This document shows, in pieces, positions 61,123 to 64,000 of a DNA stretch of 64,000 bases. This DNA is from Takakia lepidozioides (Eukaryota; Plantae; Bryophyta). The stretch covers positions 4,526,001-4,590,000 of the forward strand of contig CM060733.1 in NCBI GenBank assembly GCA_030704615.1, given 5' to 3'. A program made the translations under genes and the position numbers. The first letter of the stretch is position 1. Every line of letters starts with the position of its first letter. The notes under the pieces are model-generated. The model was not told the origin of the DNA. It made no database searches and was given only the letters and a program-made list of their open reading frames with translations.

Positions 61123-63253
61123 ATGGTTGGAAGAAGATCCACCATTTGCTCTCCAGCAGTCCCTAGGTCAACAAGGCAACGCAGTAAAGGACATCGCAGG
61201 TCTGAACCAACAACACTTCTTCAACCACAAAAGAGGGCTAGAGGCAAAGATGCCAAGAAAAGAGGACTATGGACACATAAGGCATTGGAAGAGGCAATGG
61301 ATGCAATTGAGAGTGGAAACATGAGCATACGCAAGGCTGCACAACATTGGAAAATTCCTTTCTCATCTGTGAAAGATCATTTGACAGGTAAGACTAGACA
61401 CCGGAAATTAGGGGCTGCACCAGTACTCTCAAAGGAAGAGGAGGCTATGGTGGTGGCCTGGATATTGAAGATGCAAGACATTGGCCACTCAGTTACAGTT
61501 CAACAGCTGAAATTGAAGGTGGCAGAATTAACTCAAACAGAGTCACACCATTTTCTGATGGTATCCCAGGAAATTCTTGGTGGCATTGGTTCAAAAAGAG
61601 ACATCCACAGCTTTCAATCAGGATAGCTGAAGGGTTGGAAGTGGCAAGGGCCAAAGCCCTCACTGGCGAACATTGCAAGGGTTTCTACTCTTAACTTGCA
61701 GTTGTTGTATGAGAAGCAGAAATACTCACCTTCTCACATATGGAATTGTGATGAAACAGGATGCATGGCTGGTCGCACCTCCGGAGCAAGGGTGATTGCC
61801 AAAAACCTCTCACTATGTGTACAGCACAATTCCCAAGTCAAGAGAATGGCTAACTGTTCTTGCTTGCGTCAATGCAGCGGGGGAGAGAATTCCAGGATAT
61901 TTTATATTAAAGGGAAAGCGGATGATGGCAGATTACATTGCAGATTGTGAGAAAGGGGCATGCATGGCAATGCAAAACAAAGGCTGGATGACAGCAGAAT
62001 TATTCAAAGCATGGCTAATATTCCTACAAAACAATATTCCAGGGGGGATCTCACCAACCAATCGACATTTACTGATACTCGATGGACATGGTAGTCACGT
62101 TACCATTGAGGCTATTGATTATGCTATGAACATCGGGCTAGACATGATCGCGCTCCCAGCTCACACCTCTCATGCTTTACAACCCCTTGATGTAAGTTGT
62201 TTCAAGCCATTCAAAACTTGCTTTCGCAAAATTCGGGATGCTCAAATGCTGGAAAGAAATTATATGGAACCTGATAAGAAAGCATTAGCTACTTGGGTTG
62301 ATGGAGCTTTGAGAGAAGCACTTACCAAAGATAATATTGTAGCTGGATTTCAAATAACAGGAATATGGCCATTGAATTCTGCAGCCATGGATGACCAGAC
62401 TGGACCTTCTGAATAATTCAGCACAGTTGAGGCGGCAACATCTAGAGAAGAACCTGGTGTGGACATCCACGATGAGAGAGTAAGTGATGATGAAGCTGAT
62501 TTGGATAGCGGAGTTGATGCTCTTCTATTTTTAACTGAAAGCACTAGTCCAACAACAGCTCAGGATCAGCCAGTTGAGACTACATCAATTGGGGAGGCAA
62601 CACCTTCTCTCAGCCAAGGTCAACCTATAGATATTGGAGAAGCAACAACGTTTCAGCCAGAAGACAGTACACCTCAATCAGGATTTGAAGCTGAGTGTGG
62701 TGCAAATCCAGATCCAACTCATCACTTCTATGTTGGCACAAATATTAGCAGAGATATTCATGCTACAAGCTTAGTGGCCGCGATGTTTGATGAGACTCTT
62801 TCACAGGCAACAGATGTGCAATGCGCGCAGGAACAAAGTCCAGAAAACTTTGCAAGTCTACTGGCCCTCCCTTAATTCCCAGCAAAGCCAACATGAGGGA
62901 AAGAGCCTCTAGTGGACTATGCTAACTCGATTGTCATGACATCTACGGAGTACAAAACAGCATTGGAGAAAAAAACCCTACTAAGAGCGGAGGCTGAAAA
63001 TGAACGAGAGAAGAAAAGGCATGAAAAGGAGACAAAAGCGAGGCAAAAAGAAAGAGACCAGCGTTTAAAGGCAGACCTAGCAGCTGAGAAGCAGAAAGAA
63101 AAACGACAAAAAGCCATCTTTGATTCTCACTGGTCAACAAAAAATGTTGCAGCACTTGGCAATGCATTGCATTCAGCCATTAAAAGTGGGGCCACAGTCA
63201 ATCCGCGGGTGTATCATGGTGTAAACTATGGAATAACAACTCCAGCCCAATGA
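61123..63253 (+). pseudogene. pogo/CENP-B-like (Tc1/mariner) transposase, frameshifted
   Basis: psq-like HTH WTHKALEEAMDAI..SIRKAAQHWKIP; CENP-B HTH LSKEEE..W; DDE motifs IWNCDETG, LLILDGHGSH, HALQPLDV; C-terminal basic coiled coil; TIRs not identified. Confidence 0.9.
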
Positions 63254-64000
63254 TATGCACGATACAAAGCATTAGAAAGAAGGAGGGCATTCAGGCGTGG
63301 CGAACCTTCAGAACCAGGTGCATCAAGTCAACCTCCACTTGCTCCACTTGCTCCACTTTGCAGATCCATGGAGGTCAATCCTAACACCTCTTTCCACCCA
63401 CCAGGTGTTCAGATTAGAACATCAGCCACAGTGACAACCACAGGACATTTTGCACAGTGTAATAGGGTTTTTGCCTCTCACAGTGGCTAAGTGGCTAACT
63501 ACTGCTCGTGGCCTCATGGGCTCTTATGGGCTGATGGGTTCTTATGGGTTGACTGTCAACATTTTTGGAACAGATGATATGCACGAGTTCTTGCAATGTG
63601 CACAGCTGTAGAACTCTAAGAAGCGGCACTAAGTACATGTCGACTATAGCTTACTACACAAAACTATGGTGAGAAGCTATACTGTTTCAGCTATCAATTT
63701 TTTTAAAGTCTCGATTGGTGTTTAAAGTTGTAGAGTTCTGTGATTGATGTCCAAAGTGGCCAACTATGTTGCAAGTAAGAAATAGAATGCACCTGTGTCT
63801 ATGCGTGTTCTAGAGCGTTTATACGATGAAATGAAGATAACATGCTCTCAAGTTCATTGCTAAAAGAGAATGTTTGTCATGCATAATCCAAACTGCCAGC
63901 CTTTGAATATATCTGCACACGCAAAAAAAAAGAGGGGAAGATACAAGCGGGGATTGCAAGCATATGCAACAAACTGCAAATAAGAATGCATCGCCAGCGA

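Overview
This is a eukaryotic, transposon-saturated window, most likely from a seed-free land plant (inferred from a PLS-type PPR fragment, tRNA-iMet/Arg primer sites and the retroelement types). No intact host gene was found. From left to right it holds: a decayed L1-clade LINE; nested chromovirus Ty3/gypsy copies; a 22.4-kb Mutator-like element (MULE, 12412-34800, 9-bp TSD; about 14.5 kb without a young non-autonomous LTR element inserted in it); a CACTA remnant; two back-to-back copies of a non-chromovirus gypsy; a second, truncated MULE copy; and a pogo-like transposase. The main finding is the MULE. Besides a GCM/DDE/SWIM transposase it carries a spliced gene predicted to fuse a ParB/Srx-like domain to a beta-class N6-adenine/N4-cytosine DNA-methyltransferase fold. 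It also carries about 30 copies of a 22-bp palindrome (GGAAATGCGG-NN-CCGCATTTCC) on a 53-bp period, more copies in that gene's introns, and a pair of small orphan paralogues. A second finding is that the termini of the inserted LTR element read as if it integrated from a 2-LTR circle cut at a palindromic CA-TA-TG site. All domain calls are by eye; no database searches were run.
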